DNA of 64,000 bases, from assembly GCF_009834535.1 (NCBI RefSeq), contig NC_045696.1, positions 57,104,001 through 57,168,000 of the forward strand, written 5' to 3'. Position 1 is the stretch's first letter, and every line of letters begins with the position of its first letter. Positions 1 to 14,310 of this stretch are shown in pieces. The notes below the pieces were generated by a model. That model saw nothing but the letters and a program-made list of their open reading frames with translations. It made no database searches and was not told the DNA's origin. Source of the stretch: Camelus ferus (taxonomy: Eukaryota). The position numbers and the translations under genes were made by a program.

Positions 1-1287
1 CATTTTGGAACTCTTTTAAAACATAATTACTTCTGCTTACAGATATGATTTTAAAGTTTAGAGATTAAGTTTCCATAATATGTGATATATTAAGATCAAT
101 TCTACTTTTGTGTGGAAAATTTTCAAAGTACTTTAGTAACATTTCTGATTTGATGCTCATAAAAGCCCTATGAATTAGAAAAATCTAGTATTATAACTCT
201 CATCATCAAGTAAATAAACTAAGGTCTAGCAAGATTCATTAATTTTTCTCAGTCATATAACCTGTAAATAATGAGATGGGATCTTCTGACTTTTATGACA
301 ATGTTTTTTCCAGTTTCCAGAGTCTGTCTTACTGGAAGATGTAAAATTTTACGTAAAATAGCAAAACACCTAGTATGGTCGAAACTTTATTTTAACTTTG
401 TGTGAAGAAGGCAGTGTGGTGGAGTGGAAAGAACTAGATTGAGAGTGAGCAAATGATCTGTGAGCCAGATTTAATCTAAGTTCCGTAATAAAAAACAACA
501 TGGAACTTGTATAAAATAAACAAAACAACTTTCATGAAACTAGTATATATTTAGTTTAGGAAGCAAAAAGCATAGAGTTACAATTGTTCAGCTAGAGGGC
601 ATGTTGTAAATGGAGAAAAAAGTTAGCTCAGTGTATGCCACTGGTTAAGGTGACCAAAATGCCTGCTCAGGAGAGTGGTTTTTATTTTTTAGGAGATTTA
701 ATTAAGAAATAAATGGTCTTTGTATTTTAATAAGTGGGACAAAATAAAGAACCAAAGATTGAGAAATTTTTAATTTTTATAAATGAAAGTTCTATCTATA
801 TGCATATCTATTATGGTATCAAAACCTTAGATATATGAAGTTAATTTTGATGTAAATTTTTGCGTTAATATAATTTTATTTGAAAAAGGCATCTAATTGC
901 ATCTACTTAAGCATCTGTAGCTATTAAAGTATGACATTTCTTGACCTATTTCCTGCCTTGTAGTAAAAAGATTTTATATAATTCTCCTGTAAAAACATAA
1001 AAAAAACAAGTTAAAGAGCAGATTGAGTGCTCACATGATGAGTACTTACATGATAAAATTTATGAGAAAATATGGTTGCAGGTCATTTCTGGTTTTTGCA
1101 GCAGACATGGCTAGTATACAAGGTTAACCTATCCTATGTAAAGACACGATATCCTGACTTTACACCAGTCACTCCCTTACCTCCCCAGCCTTAAAGCATT
1201 ACTTTCCAAAATCATATTTTTAACTCAAAGATTAAAAATAATAATGGCTGGTATGATACATTTAGTTGCATTTTTTTTTTCTCTCAG

Positions 1288-1439
1288 AGTTGCATTTGGG
1301 AACTGCAATGGGTTGGCTGTGGTGGATTTTATACAGAAGACAGTTCTGTTAAGCATGGGGACCATTGACCTATATAGATCAAGTGACCTATACCAACGAC
1401 AACCACGGTCTCCTCGAAAAAACAAGCAGTTCATTGCAG
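1288..1439 (+). CDS. STXBP5L: STXBP5L (tomosyn-2) coding exon preceding the hypervariable region: VAFGNCNGLAVVDFIQKTVLLSMGTIDLYRSSDLYQRQPRSPRKNKQFIA
   Basis: Polypyrimidine tract plus ctctcag acceptor (AG at 1286-1287) and donor GCAG|gtagga. 152 nt, ends in phase 1. Translation (in ORF 1244..1450) matches the recalled tomosyn-2 sequence. Confidence 0.96.
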
Positions 1440-3302
1440 GTAGGAGATAAAACAAGACGGTTTTGAGCTTGGTTAGCTCTCCTGTTTTCTTACCTTTAGA
1501 TTTCTTGTCTTTCTTCTGTGATGCCATTCAAATGTATAGCGTTGTAAAGTCAACAAATTTACAATACCATGTAAGTAAGTTTGGACAGAAACATAGTAAG
1601 AATCTTTGAAAGGGTAAAGAAGTGGTTTAAACTTCAGTTTGCTGTTAGGAAACATCTCAAGTTTAAGTTGAATTCCTAAGAAATAACAAAATAAGAAGCT
1701 ATTAAATATAAAAATGCTAAGAAAATCAGGCTCTTTGGTTAAAAGACCTTCTTGCAATGGTTATGTAAAACAGGATAATTTTCTTCTAATATAACTTTAA
1801 AAATATAACTTAAGGTCATTCACTACTTTTTTAAAATTATCTCCATTTTTTTAGCTGTCACCTTTCCTCATTAGATGGTGACTTTCTTAGAGGCATTTTT
1901 ACAAAATGCAGTAAACATTATTCATTAACATTTTAAATTGCTATAAAAGATAATTTTTCCTGACAGGACCAATTATAAAAGAAAAATATATAACATTATT
2001 AGATGATATCCCAAATCATCCAAAGTTTTACTGAAATTTCAGTGTGTATATACAAATAGTTGGCTTTGTAAACATTGCCAAAATTTTTTATATTTTTTGT
2101 CCACTGATATAGTCTAGTTGGTAAAAAAAATGAGTTGAGTTAAAAGGTTTGCATATGGAAATGCATCTATAATATTGTTATTTTTAGACAGCTCTTTAAA
2201 TTTTCTGTTTTTTAAAAAATAATCAATTGAATATTAACACCTTTACTAAATATGCCCATGCAAACACTAAAGTAAAAAGACTACATTATGGTAGGTGTTA
2301 TTTCTTAAGTAACAAGTGTGTCAAATTGAAAATGTAATAATGAAGGAAGTTTCAGAATACTGAAATTCTCCCTCTTCGTTAATCTTTCTTTTGTAAACCT
2401 CAACCCTTTCCAGATTTCTAGTTTAGACCCTTTTCCAAAGCATGACATTTCTCCTTCAGAACCTGGAGTTTCTTAGGTTTTTGTTAGGGATCTCAACTTT
2501 TAGCAATATTTTAGAATGCTAGAAATGTTAAAAATTATACAGGTTCTGCTTCTGCCACTTCTGGCTTTTGAAAGAAAGGCAGAATAAGAGAAGATTGATC
2601 TTTGAAAGTTTGTCGACTCTCAGTAGGAAGATGTCAGGGGATAGTAGGCACTGTTTGCATGCTGAAAACACCAATTCGATCAGAAAAGCTGTAGATCTAT
2701 GACAGCATCTGTTATCTGCTAGATATACACCATAGGGTGACAAAATATGTTGTGACAGAGGTAATACAACTGTTATTTAATTTAAACTTATTGAGCCTCA
2801 AAAATTATGATTAGAGTTCAGATTTTTATGACTTTAAATATAAGCAGAGTTTACTCATTGTATATACTAAAATTAGGGAAAATTGATGATTTTGTACTTT
2901 GTTATACAAATAAAATATTAAAGACAAAAATCCCTAAGCTTTCTTTTTAATATCAAAGACTAAAGACAACCATTTTTATATTTATGAGGTAGCATAAATA
3001 TTATTTGTAAGCCAAATAAGTTTACTATGTAAAAAGCATATAAGAAGATATGCTATTTTTATAAGATATTTGATGATTGAATAAAATTATTATAGCATTC
3101 TCATCATTCATCTATCACCTCTTACTTTCTAACTGATTTATTTTTTAATATTTCCTCTCTAATTTGATTACCTAAACTTGCTGCAATTTCTTCATCTTGG
3201 CTGTTCTAGATTCTGGTATGATATCACTTCCTTTCACTTTAGACTATTTTTCTCTCTTTCTTCTGCCTGCTGCTGATGCTGGTGCTCTGGCATGTTCCAA
3301 AG

Positions 3303-3374
3303 ACAACTTTTGCATGCGTGGCCTGTCTAACTTTTATCCTGATTTAACGAAACGGATCCGTACTTCTTATCAGA
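3303..3374 (+). CDS. STXBP5L: STXBP5L 72-nt cassette exon, (D)NFCMRGLSNFYPDLTKRIRTSYQ(S)
   Basis: Acceptor ccaaag| and donor CAGA|gtaagt. Phase 1/1, 24 codons. Peptide is in ORF 3197..3394 and matches the recalled long tomosyn-2 isoform. Confidence 0.93.
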
Positions 3375-4339
3375 GTAAGTTCTATAAAGGCTAGGCAAAT
3401 AGCTTTTTTAAGTCATAATGCTTGAGTTAAATCCACACATCTGTGCTCAGTAATGTGTTTTTAAAAACACATTCAGCTTGCATGCAATTTTTTATTTTGT
3501 TATGGAAATGCAACCTGATAATTTTAATAAAAATTATACAAATATTTCAAATAGTTATTGTCATATACCCATTAATCATATTCATTGTTTCAGTGTTTAT
3601 TTCAAACCATGCCCCGTTAGTCCAAGAGTCATTGTCTTTTGTTCTGAGGAGGAAGAGCCATGGTGTCCTTGTAAATAATAAACCTGGTATTCTAGTATCA
3701 ATAATAATTGAGTGCTTTCTCATTTTGGAAACCTTGTGCCATTCTATAAAATCATTCTGTAAATTATTCTAGCTCTTTCTAATTTCTGATGCTTTTTATT
3801 AAAATAGAATATACATATACATTTCTTTAGTGATTTTAGGAACACTGTAAAATTGGGAATTAAGGTCACAAATATCCAGTAATATTAACATTTATCATAG
3901 TATCAAATGGTTCAGAAAGAGTGGGAAGAGCATGATTGGAGGTGTAGTGATACTAGTGTTGTGTATATGTTAATGTTTAAAAAGGCTGCTTAACAATACA
4001 GGTAATATGACCTACTGTATAAAATATATGTACACACACATGTTTGTATTCTGAATTTCTTCAGATTTCACCTCACCAGCTTGTAGGTACTTAATGGAAT
4101 CCCATCACTTGTAAAAACCTATAACTTTGTGTTCCATTAGCTAAAAGAAGTCAATCCCTCTGAAATCCTTAAAAATTTTCTTGGAGTGCCCAGAGAGTGA
4201 CTTACTTTTGCTCTTAAGTATTCTCTAGTTTTCTATTCCAGCAGAGCACTTCCCACTGCCTCTTCTCCTGGTGCCTTATGATAGAACGCTGATATCCTTG
4301 TTGGCTTCTGCTATTACTAAAACAGAAACTTATTAGATA

Positions 4340-4560
4340 TTATGATAATGTTTCTTGACCCCTGGAAATTATATGAAATTTTAGTTTCTATAAATAAAAT
4401 TCCCATAAAAGTTTTATTGGAACACAGCCACACTCATTCATCTACATATTGTCTATGGCTGTTTCCAGACTACAATGGCAGAGTTGAGTAGTTGCAATGA
4501 AACCACATGGCCCATGAGGCCTAAATATTTACTATCTTGCTCTTCACATAAAGGGTTTCA
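4340..4560 (+). mobile_element. MER58-type (hAT-Charlie) DNA transposon, 3' portion
   Basis: Diagnostic aaagttttattggaacacagccacactcattcatctacatattgtctatggctg...ggcagagttgagtagttgc. Confidence 0.85.
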
Positions 4561-5974
4561 GTCTAAACCTTTTCTAGAAGTAGGCTCCAGTTGTTTAACA
4601 CACATACTCAGACTTCTGAATCCTAGTTGAATCTTCTGAAGGTGGAATCCCCCATTTGTGTGTGTGTGTATCCACTTGTACAGATAGGAAAAGTTTCTGG
4701 AACATAAGATTGTAGATTTTATAAATTTCTTCTAGTTTTAATATACTTGATATTTCTATAATAAATATTTAACATTTTTATAGTAAAAAGAGGAATTGGA
4801 TTCTGAGGATAAGAAGCAGAAGCAGGCACTTAGTTAATACGAATTCTACAATATCAACCATGATGTAAAGGTTAAAGAAGTTCTGAGACATGCTCATTAA
4901 CCTCTGATTACTTCAATAATCTTATATTGCCTTCAGAATAAAAAAGCCAAGATTTTAAATCTTCATTCAAGGTATTCTAAAATATAATTCTTTTCTACAT
5001 CTTCAAATGAATTTTCTACTCCTATAAACATACTCCTCTTAAACCACATGTATCTTAGTACTCTTATAATTTACTCTCCTTAGATTTCAGTCCCTATGGT
5101 AAACCTTTCTTGCTGCCATCAGAGCCCTTTGTGCCAGTTCCTTAATTTAACTGTCTACAGTGCCAACAGTGTACAGACTTGTACACAGTGGTGTCTGAAC
5201 CATTTAGTTGATACTTAGCCTAGATTCATTTGTATGTTTACATATTTTATGCATATGCACTACCTTTATAAATGCATTCTAGGAACCTAAAGACCATATC
5301 TGAAATTCTTATTGTCATCTACACTGAGCCCAAGTATAAGCTCAGCAAGTCAATGATGATGGTTGTCGGTTAATGCATGACAGCAGATTCTTTTTGCTCA
5401 CATGAACAGCCAGGAGACTTCTCAAATTTGACAAATGGGAGCAGAAATAACTTCTGTAGTTACTGGGTTCACTCATATTTTGCAAAAGAAATTAGTCTCT
5501 TCTAAACAAAGAATTGAAGCATCAAAACAGAAGTAAAATAAAGTCCTTAGAAGGCCATAGAGAGATGCTCCATGTCTCCCATTAGTGAGCTACCTGGGAG
5601 CTCAGACAAGCCCTGGGATTTGAAATCAGTTCTTTAAAGCCTTCTTTTGATAACCAATATTGTATATTTTAATAAGGGACTGACTCTTCAATGATTTGAA
5701 GGTATAGTCTGGAATTTGCTTTTAAAAATAAATTTTATGAAAATATAGCTTTAAGTTTAACTATTGGATCAATTAACTTTGTTACATTTCTGCAGATTCA
5801 TTTTGTTAAGATTGTACGGCCTTTTTATTAATTGTTTCCTAGCTTTCAGAAAAGCATATATGCATTGTCCCTATTTGGGGAAACTTAACCCACTTCCAGT
5901 GAGTGTCTGTTTCTATTCTGGGATTGTGCTCAGCAATCTGACTCAGTGTTACATTATTTAATGGTTATTATAAC

Positions 5975-6135
5975 TCTTTGAGCCAGATAGATATTTATTA
6001 GTAGATTCCCCTATAGATGAGAAAATTGAAGTTGAAAGAGATTAAATTAGTTTCTCAAAGTCACATAGATTAAGTAGGAAACAAAATTAGGCCTATCTGA
6101 TACAAAAGTGACTTCACATGCTTTCCACTATATTA
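5975..6135 (-). mobile_element. MIR SINE fragment
   Basis: atagatgagaaaattgaagttgaaagagattaaattagtttctcaaagtcaca resembles the MIR core on the reverse strand. Confidence 0.65.
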
Positions 6136-6552
6136 TCCTGTGTCTCTAAGTGTCTCAGTATCAGGTGTGTTGGAAACCAATTCTATTATTCTATAATAAT
6201 AAACCACTTTTTTTTTTTTTTTTACAATTTAAGTCATCAATGAGAATATATTCAAAAATGAAACAATTTAAAATTGATTTTACAATTGAGATTGAATAAG
6301 TTGTTCTCTGAAATCCATTTTTATATTCTTTATATCAGTTTTGCTCTCTAAGTGTTATCACAGTCTATTTTGAACCTTACACTTTTTATTTCTGAAAATG
6401 GAATTTCAATATATCATTTAATTTCTCAAAACTCAGTAAGAAAACAAACAACCCAGTAAAAATAGGGGCCAAAGAAGATACAGTGATAAAAATAAGCATA
6501 TGAAAAGACACAACAACATTCATTATTAAGAAACTCAAAACTACAATGAGAT

Positions 6553-6742
6553 TGTAGAATAGATAAACAAGATTATACTGTATAGCACAGGGAAATATAT
6601 ACAAGATCTTATGGTAGCTCATGGAGAAAAAAATGTGACAATGAATATATATATATTCATGTATAACTGAAAAATTGTGTTCTACACTGGAATTTGATAC
6701 AACATTGTAAAATGATTATAAATCAATAAATGTTAAAAAAAA
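6553..6742 (+). mobile_element. Young 5'-truncated lineage-specific L1 3' end with poly(A) and a 16-bp target-site duplication (TSD)
   Basis: agataaacaagattatactgtatagcacagggaaatatat...aataaa plus A tail. Flanked by identical aaaactacaatgagat at 6537-6552 and 6743-6758. Confidence 0.88.
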
Positions 6743-6833
6743 AAAACTACAATGAGATATCATGATATATCTATTATAGTGGCTACAATTAAAACGACTG
6801 ATGATAGCCAGTATTGGCAAGAATGTAGAAGTA

Positions 6834-6954
6834 GGGGGAAGGGTACAGTTCAAGTGGTAGAGCACATGCTCAGCACCCAAGAGGTCAGGAGTTCAATCCC
6901 CAGTACCTCCTCCAAGTGAAAATCAATGAAGAAGCCTAATTACCTCCCCCTCAT
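6834..6954 (+). mobile_element. Camelid-type tRNA-derived SINE (Vic-like)
   Basis: gggg..gggtacagttcaagtggtagagcacatgct...gttcaatccccagtacctcc...cctaattacctcccc, with A/B-box-like motifs. Flanked by the repeat aagaatgtaga. Confidence 0.85.
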
Positions 6955-7589
6955 AAAGAATGTAGAGGAAGTAGAACCGCTCCCATCCTACTAGTGGGAG
7001 TGTCTGTATAACCCCTTTAGCCGGTTCTTAAAAATTTTAAACTTACTCTTATAATATGATCTAACCATTTTACATCTAGTTATTTACCTTAGATAAATGA
7101 AAGCATATATCCATGCAAAGACATTCATAGCAACCAAAAATGCAAAACATTTGTAGTAGTCAAAAACAAACAACTGAAGTCTCTATAGAAAGGTAAATGA
7201 TTAAATGAATCTGTTATATGCATTCAATGGTTTACTGCCCAGCAATTAAAATGGAGTGCACTATTGATATGTGCTACACTATGGATAAATATCAAAATAA
7301 TTACACTGAGTAAAAGAAACCAGACAAAAAAGGGCACATACTGTATGATTTCACTTATTTCATTTATACAAAATTCTATGAAATGAAAACTGCTTCAGAG
7401 TGACAGAAAGCAGATCCTTGGTTGCCTGGGGTTGGGAAGAAGGGTTACAAAAGGACACAAAGAAATTCTGGCATGATGGATACATTTATCTTGATTATTA
7501 GAGATGGTTTCACAGGTGTATACTTATGTCAAAATTTACCTAAATACTTTATAAATATGTCAAACTTCCAAGAGCTATTTTTTAAAAGA

Positions 7590-8650
7590 AATAGCCACAT
7601 GAAGAGCAGGGAGCAGTGTATTCCAGGCAGAAGTGAACAGTTTCTAATAAGGTCCTAAGGTGATAAAGGACTTTAACAATCTTCTAGAAATAGAAAGAAT
7701 GCCAAGGAGGCTGGGGGTATAGTGATTAAGAGGGAAAGTAGGTTGATTTTGATGTTTAGATGAGCAGGGTCAAGATCATACAAGCTTCTGAAGCAATTAT
7801 AAGAAATTCAGTTTTATTTTGAGCAAGAGAATGATATGCTTTGATTTATGTCTTAAAATTGTTATCCACACTGCTGAATGAAGAAAATATTGTGTGGCCA
7901 AAGCAGAGTGAAGGCTAGTATAACAGTTAGGAGACCAGTATTGTACTCCAGCCAAGAAATGAAGGTAGCTTTGACTAGGGTGATAGCAATGTTGTTGGAG
8001 AAAAAACGATAGGTCCCCAAATCATTAACACTTAACAGAGCTACTAATTATAATTCAATTTGGGAGACCAGAAAATGCAATCAAGATGATTTCCAGATTT
8101 GGGCTTGAGCCACTATGTCATGATATTATTTACAAAGATGAAGAATCTAGGGTTGGGACAGTAGGGAATAGGGAGTTACATATTAAATTTTGGTGTGTCT
8201 GTCATTTATCCAAGTGAAGATGTCAAGTGGACATAAACAAATCTGAATATCAGGGCTGTAATTTAGTATATAATGGCATGAGAAAAAAGTTATGTAGGGG
8301 TGAAATGGGGACACAGGAAGGGAAAATGATGGGAAGAGGGGGATTGTGGATAGAGACAATAGGAATTTCAACATTTAATTTCCAGAGGAAGAGGAGTAGC
8401 TGGCAGAGAGAACTTGCCAGAGAGAAGAGAAGAAATGAGGAGACTGTTGCAGAAGCCAAAATAAAAGGGAGTGTTTCCAGAAGTGGTCAGCCACATCAAA
8501 TGCTACAGATAGGACAAGTAGGGTAAGCTCAGAAAAGTGACATGGGTATTGTGCTGTGAAGGTTTTTAATGACCCTTTAAAAAGTAGTTTTGGAAAAGTA
8601 TTGTGATAGAAGCTAACTCAGCACAAGTAAACTCTTTCAAGATGTTTAGT
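7590..8650 (-). mobile_element. L2 LINE fragment
   Basis: Degenerate L2 reverse-strand motifs (ttccaggcagaagtgaacag, atccaagtgaagatgtcaagtgg). Confidence 0.75.
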
Positions 8651-8659
8651 TATGAAGGG

Positions 8660-11600
8660 GTGTATAAAGCAACAATTGTCAAAGCTAAAGAATGAAATAG
8701 ACAAATCTATAAATCTATAATCATAGCTGCGGACTCATCACTTCTCAGTAACTGAAAGAACAAATAGACAAAAATTGGTAAGCCTACAAAAAATGTAAGC
8801 AACTCTCTTAACCAAATTGACTTGACATAAATAGACACCTACATCATACAAATGAAGAATTTTTTTTCAAGTAGACATGGAACATTCACAAATATAGACT
8901 GAATCATGAAACGAGTTATAATGAATTATAAAGGACTGAAATCAAGTAGAATATGTTCCCTGATCATAAAAGAAATTAAATTAGAAATCAATAACCAAAA
9001 TACATCTTAAAATCCCCAAATATTTGAAATTTAAGAATAGCTCATGGCTTCACAAGGAAATCACAGCGAATGTTACAAATATTTTTTAACTTGGTAAAAG
9101 TATGAACACAAAATATCAAAATTTGTGAAGTGTTGCTAAAGGAGTGCCTAAAGGAAAATTTAGAACATTAGATGCTTATATTGGGAAAAAAGAAAGCTCT
9201 AAAATCAATAATCTAAACTTCTTTGTTAAAACACTATTAAAAAAAAAAAAAAAGCATAACCCGCAATAAATAGAAAGGAAATTAAGATCAGAAATCAGTG
9301 AAAATGTGGTCAAACAATAGAGTAGCTCAATAAAATCACAAGATAATTCTTTCAAAAAATTACTAAGATCTATAAAACCCTAGTAAGACTGATCAAGAAA
9401 GAAGAAAAAACATACATAACCAATACCAGGAATAAAAAATGGAGCATCACTATGAATTCTACAGATAAAGTAAGATTATAAACAGCTATATTTCAGTATA
9501 AATTGACAATAAAGATGAAATTAAGATTTTTTGACAGAAAAAATTACAAAAACTGACAAACATTGGAAAATATAAATATACTCCTATCTGTAAAAAAATT
9601 TTCTATTCGAAATTAAATATCCACAGCAAAGAAAATGCAGGCCTCAAATGTCTTTACTGATTTATTCTATCAAACATTAAAGGAAGAAATAACACTAATC
9701 TTATGCAAACAGTTCCAGGGATAGAAAAAAGGGAGGACTCTTCCCAAATGGTTTGAGTCCAGCACAATGTTGCAAAACAAAATCTGATAAATACAGTAAC
9801 TTAAGGAAAGGTGCAAGCCAGTCTCACTCATGAGCATAGACACAAAAATTATAAATATTACCAAATGGAAGACAGATACACATAAGAAAGATAAAATATC
9901 ATAACCAAGGTGGATTTATTCCAGGAATATAAGTTTTATATTTGAAAAATCAGTGCAAAACACCTGATTAACATAATAAAGGAGAAAATATAATCATCTC
10001 AGTACATGCAAAAAATTGTCATAATTTGACATTTATATAAACATTCTTAGAAAACCAGGAATAGAACATGTCCTCTACTGAATAAAGCTCATCTATGAAA
10101 AACCTACAAATACTTAATTATGAAATAATATTGAAATATTGAATGTTTTTCCACTAAAATTGGTAACAAGGGAATTATGTCCACTCTCATCTTTGTCCAA
10201 CCCTGTATTTGATGACTGAAGTAAGGACAAAAGCAAGGTAAAAAATAAAAAACTTGAGTAAAGATTAGAAAGAAAATATTAAAACTTTATTCACCAGTGA
10301 TATTATGATATATGTAGGAAACCCAAAGGAATCTACAGAAAAGCTACAAAAACAATATATGAACTTCACAACGATGATGAATACAAGTCAGTATACAAAA
10401 ACCAATTCTATTTCTACATAATAGCACCAAACATTTGAGAAATGTATTTATTTTTTAAAATACCATGTACAGGATAGACTTTCAGGTAGCAACCTAGGAA
10501 GCACCATGGACAATCTCCAGAGAGAAAGCAGTAACTGGTAAAAACTATTTTTAAAAAAACCAATCGCTTAAACTCTCTAGAAATTGTCCTAAGAGGACAC
10601 AGAAAATGAAGAAACATTTATTCAATAAAATCCACTAAAACTTAGTAAAAAGTGAGAGTCTGTGGACCTGAGCCACAACTTGTACTATACTTTCCTGCCT
10701 TCAGGTTGCCAGCATTTCTTGTCCCCTCCAACCCCAAGATGGAAAGTCCAAATTCCAGGGGAGTGTGGCCAAGAGGTCAGAGGCTCCCTTCCCCTTCCAA
10801 TTCCCTACTAATAGGACAGAAGTTCTACTCCAGTTATTCCAAGTAAAAAACGATGAGGCCCTGAGTGTTCTCACCCCAGCTTGCTCATAGGTCAGAGGTT
10901 TCATGCCAAGAAAAAGTTAAGCTAAGGAGATCAGAGGTAACCACCCCCTGCCCACGTCCAACTAGTGACTCAGAAGATTTGCCCAGAGGAAGAGACACTG
11001 TAAGAACAGTGAACTCTGAAGCTCTTCCCAAAGGAACTAGCTTTATTTATTTGGGAAGTTCAAGCCTAAAAATGCCCTCAAAACCAATGACGTATCTGAT
11101 AGAAATCAAATAGGAGGCAGGTACCTCGTCTTAATTAAGAGTAACCAGCTAGACCATAGGTGAGCTGGTTCACTAGGGAGAACCTAGGAAAGAGACTGCT
11201 AAGAAGACTTCTCCTGGGATTTGAACAGACCTCAAGATTGGCTTCAAATGTGACCCCTGCCCAAATTTAATGTTGAATAATGTATGTCCTAGGGTATTGT
11301 CTAAAACAACAGAGCAATCACCTGGCTGTGACTGTGACATCTAATAGCTGGAAATGATATCAACAGAGGCAGACAACTTGCCAGAGAGATCAGGGAAAGA
11401 GACAGTCAAAGAGAGCCCTGCTAAAATCACGGCTATCCCAGGTGACTGTATGTACACTGAAGGCTGCACCCTCTGAGAAGCATCATCAAAGTCTTCACAA
11501 CGTAAGAAAAATAAACTAAACTAAAATAGTCTCGCCAAGTTACTAAACAATTAAACAAGCAAATAACAACAATAAAAACCAGAGAAGGGGGAGAGAAATC

Positions 11601-14310
11601 AGTAATCAGTATCCAGAATTGCTATATTACCTAAAATGTCCAGCTAACAAAATATTATGAGACATGCAAAGAAACAGGAAAGTGTGTCTCATTCACAGGA
11701 AATAGCAAGGTAACAGACATTGCCTATGAGAGGGCCCAGATGTTGGATTTAACAAAAACCTAATAGTGGCTATTAAAAATATGTTTAAAGAACTAAAAGA
11801 TGCCAAGCTTAAAGACATAAAGCAAACTATGATGATAATGTCTCATCAAGTATAGAATATCAACAAAGAGATGGAAGTTATGAAAAGGACCATATGGAAC
11901 TATCTCATACCATACACAAAAATTAACTCAAAATGGACTACAGACTTGAATATAAAACCCAAAACCACAAACTCCTACAAAAAAACATAGGTGGTAAGCT
12001 CCATGACATGGGTATTGGCAATGATTTTTTTGGCTTTGACACCAAAGTAAAAGCAGCAAAATAAAAATAAACAGGTGGAACCACATCAAACTAAAAAACT
12101 TCTGCACAGCAAAGGAAACCATCAATAAAATGAAAAAGCAATCTACTGAATGGGAGAAAATATTTATAAATATTTTATCTGATAAGGGTTAATATCCAAA
12201 ATGTATAAAGAACTCATACAACTCAATAGCCAAAAAGAAAAAAAAAAAGAATAAAAATGGGTAGAAGATCTGAATAGATGGGGGAGGAAAAAACACTGTT
12301 AGGGTTATTATGTAATTATAATAGAGTAAATGCATATTTCTTATCTTAACTGATTTAAAAAGTAATTTATGAAACAATATGTATGAAATTGTATTGTTAG
12401 GTCTATAATATATAGAAATGTAATATGTTTTCCAGTAACAAAACAAAGGAGTTGAGTAGGAGCAAAGTTGTATTTGAGTAAGCATATGACACCAGACGGA
12501 TCTACCAAAACAAATGAAGAGAGCCAGAAACAGTAAATCAGGTTAATATACAAACTTTATAAATATGTTTGTTCTCCTTTCTTCTTTCAGCTTTTATTAA
12601 AAAACATAAAATTATATAAAGCAATAATTATAACAATATAATATTGGTTTTGTAATACATATGGATATAATATGTATACCAGGAATATATAAAAAGGAAA
12701 GAAAAAATGGAGCTATAAAAAAGTAACATTTCTGTATCTCACTGGAATTAAGTTAGTACACATTTGAAGTAGATTCTGATAAAATGTACATGTTAAGTCT
12801 CAGAGTAACCACGAAGAGCTCGAAAAACATAGTGAAAAAATGTATTAAAGAAATTAGAGTTAACCAGGGAATATTTACTTAATGATAAACAAAGCAGTAT
12901 GTAAGAATTCGAGGAATAAGGAAACATGAGACATACAGAAAACCTAAAGTAAAATGACAGATGTAATCCAACTATATCAATAATAACATTAAATGTGGAT
13001 AGATTAAACATTCCAATCCAAACACAGATTGTTGGACTGGATTTTTAAATAAATCAAGATCCAATTCTGTGCTGTCTGAAGGTAACACAAAAAGATACAA
13101 ATAGGTTGAAAGTACAAGGATGGAAAAAAGATCATGCAAACAGCAACCGTAAGAAAGCTGAAATAGCTCTACTAACATCAGACAAAATAGATTTTAAAGC
13201 AAAAAATTTTGCTAGAATTAAAGAGGGATATTTAAAATGATTAAATGTCAATAAAAATGTTAAAAAAAACATGATTAAATGGTCAATATAGCAAGAAGAT
13301 ATAATAATTATAAACATGCACCTAACTAACAACAGAACTACAAAGTACATGAAGCAAAATCTGACAGAATCAAAGGGAGAAATAGACAAAACAATAATCA
13401 CTGGAAATTGCAATACTCCACTTTCAAATATCGTACAAGAATTAGGCAGAAGGCCAGAAAGGAAATAAAAGACTTGGAAAATGTCATATACAAGACCTCT
13501 ATACTCAAATCTATAGAAAGAAAATGTTTAAACATTATTTAAATGGAGGAAAATACCATGTTTATGGGTTGGAAGAGTGAATATTTTTAAGATGTTTATT
13601 CAACCAAATCTATCTATAGATTTATCACAGTCCAATAACCTACTGTATCTTTTTGTAGAAATTGACAAACGGATTCTAAAATGTACATAGAAAAACAAAG
13701 AATCTAGAATAACTGAAACACTTTTGGAAAAAAACAAAGTTGGAGGATTTCACTACCTGATTTCAAGATGTACTATAAACCTGCATTACTTAGATAGTAT
13801 GGTAGTCAGAAAAACACAAATAGACCAATTATTACAGAATAGATAATCCAGAAGTAGACCCACACATATATGGCCAATTTATTTTTTATTAAGGCTCTAA
13901 TAAAAATCAATGAAGGGAAATCTTTTTAACAATGATGGAACAACTGGACTAATACATAGAGGGTAAAAATGGACCATAATCCCTACCTGATACCATAATC
14001 AAAATTAACTTGAGGTGAATTATAGTCCTGAAAATGAAAGCTAAAAATTAAAAAAGCTTCTTGAAGAAAACCAAGAATGATATCTTTATCACTATGGGGT
14101 AGGCAATGATTACTTATACAGAAATAAAAAAAAATTCACAATAAAAGAAAAAACAGATAAATTGTTCTTAAGGTAAATTAATCTTCTGCTCATTAAAAGT
14201 CATTTTCATTAAGAAAATATAAAGATAAGATAATTCACATACTGGAAGGAAATATTCACAATAACCTACTTCTGACAAAAAACTCTTCACCAAAATATAT
14301 AAAGAATTCT
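8660..14310 (+). mobile_element. Nested cluster of old L1 fragments: ORF2 8660-10460, 5'UTR/ORF1 about 10470-11900, ORF2 piece 11900-12280, inter-ORF/endonuclease 12280-13490, ORF2 continuation to 14310
   Basis: Many recognisable L1 motifs (aattagaaatcaataac, ggatttattccaggaat, aaaattaactcaaaatgga, catcagacaaaatagattttaaa, ctacctgatttcaagatgtactataaa). No intact ORF. Confidence 0.88.

Larger units (their letters stand above)
6400..7585 (+). mobile_element. Old L1 (L1M-type) 3' end, interrupted by a younger L1 tail and a SINE
   Basis: L1 ORF2-end and 3'UTR motifs (aataagcatatgaaaaga, atggataaatatcaaaataattacactgagtaaaagaaaccagaca). Confidence 0.8.

Noticed and set aside
6834..6954. tRNA gene (also at 18529, 42892, 47878, 48384)
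   Set aside because: A/B-box-like motifs are present, but the copies are diverged, have SINE tails and in several cases TSDs, and I could not fold a convincing cloverleaf. They are tRNA-derived SINEs.
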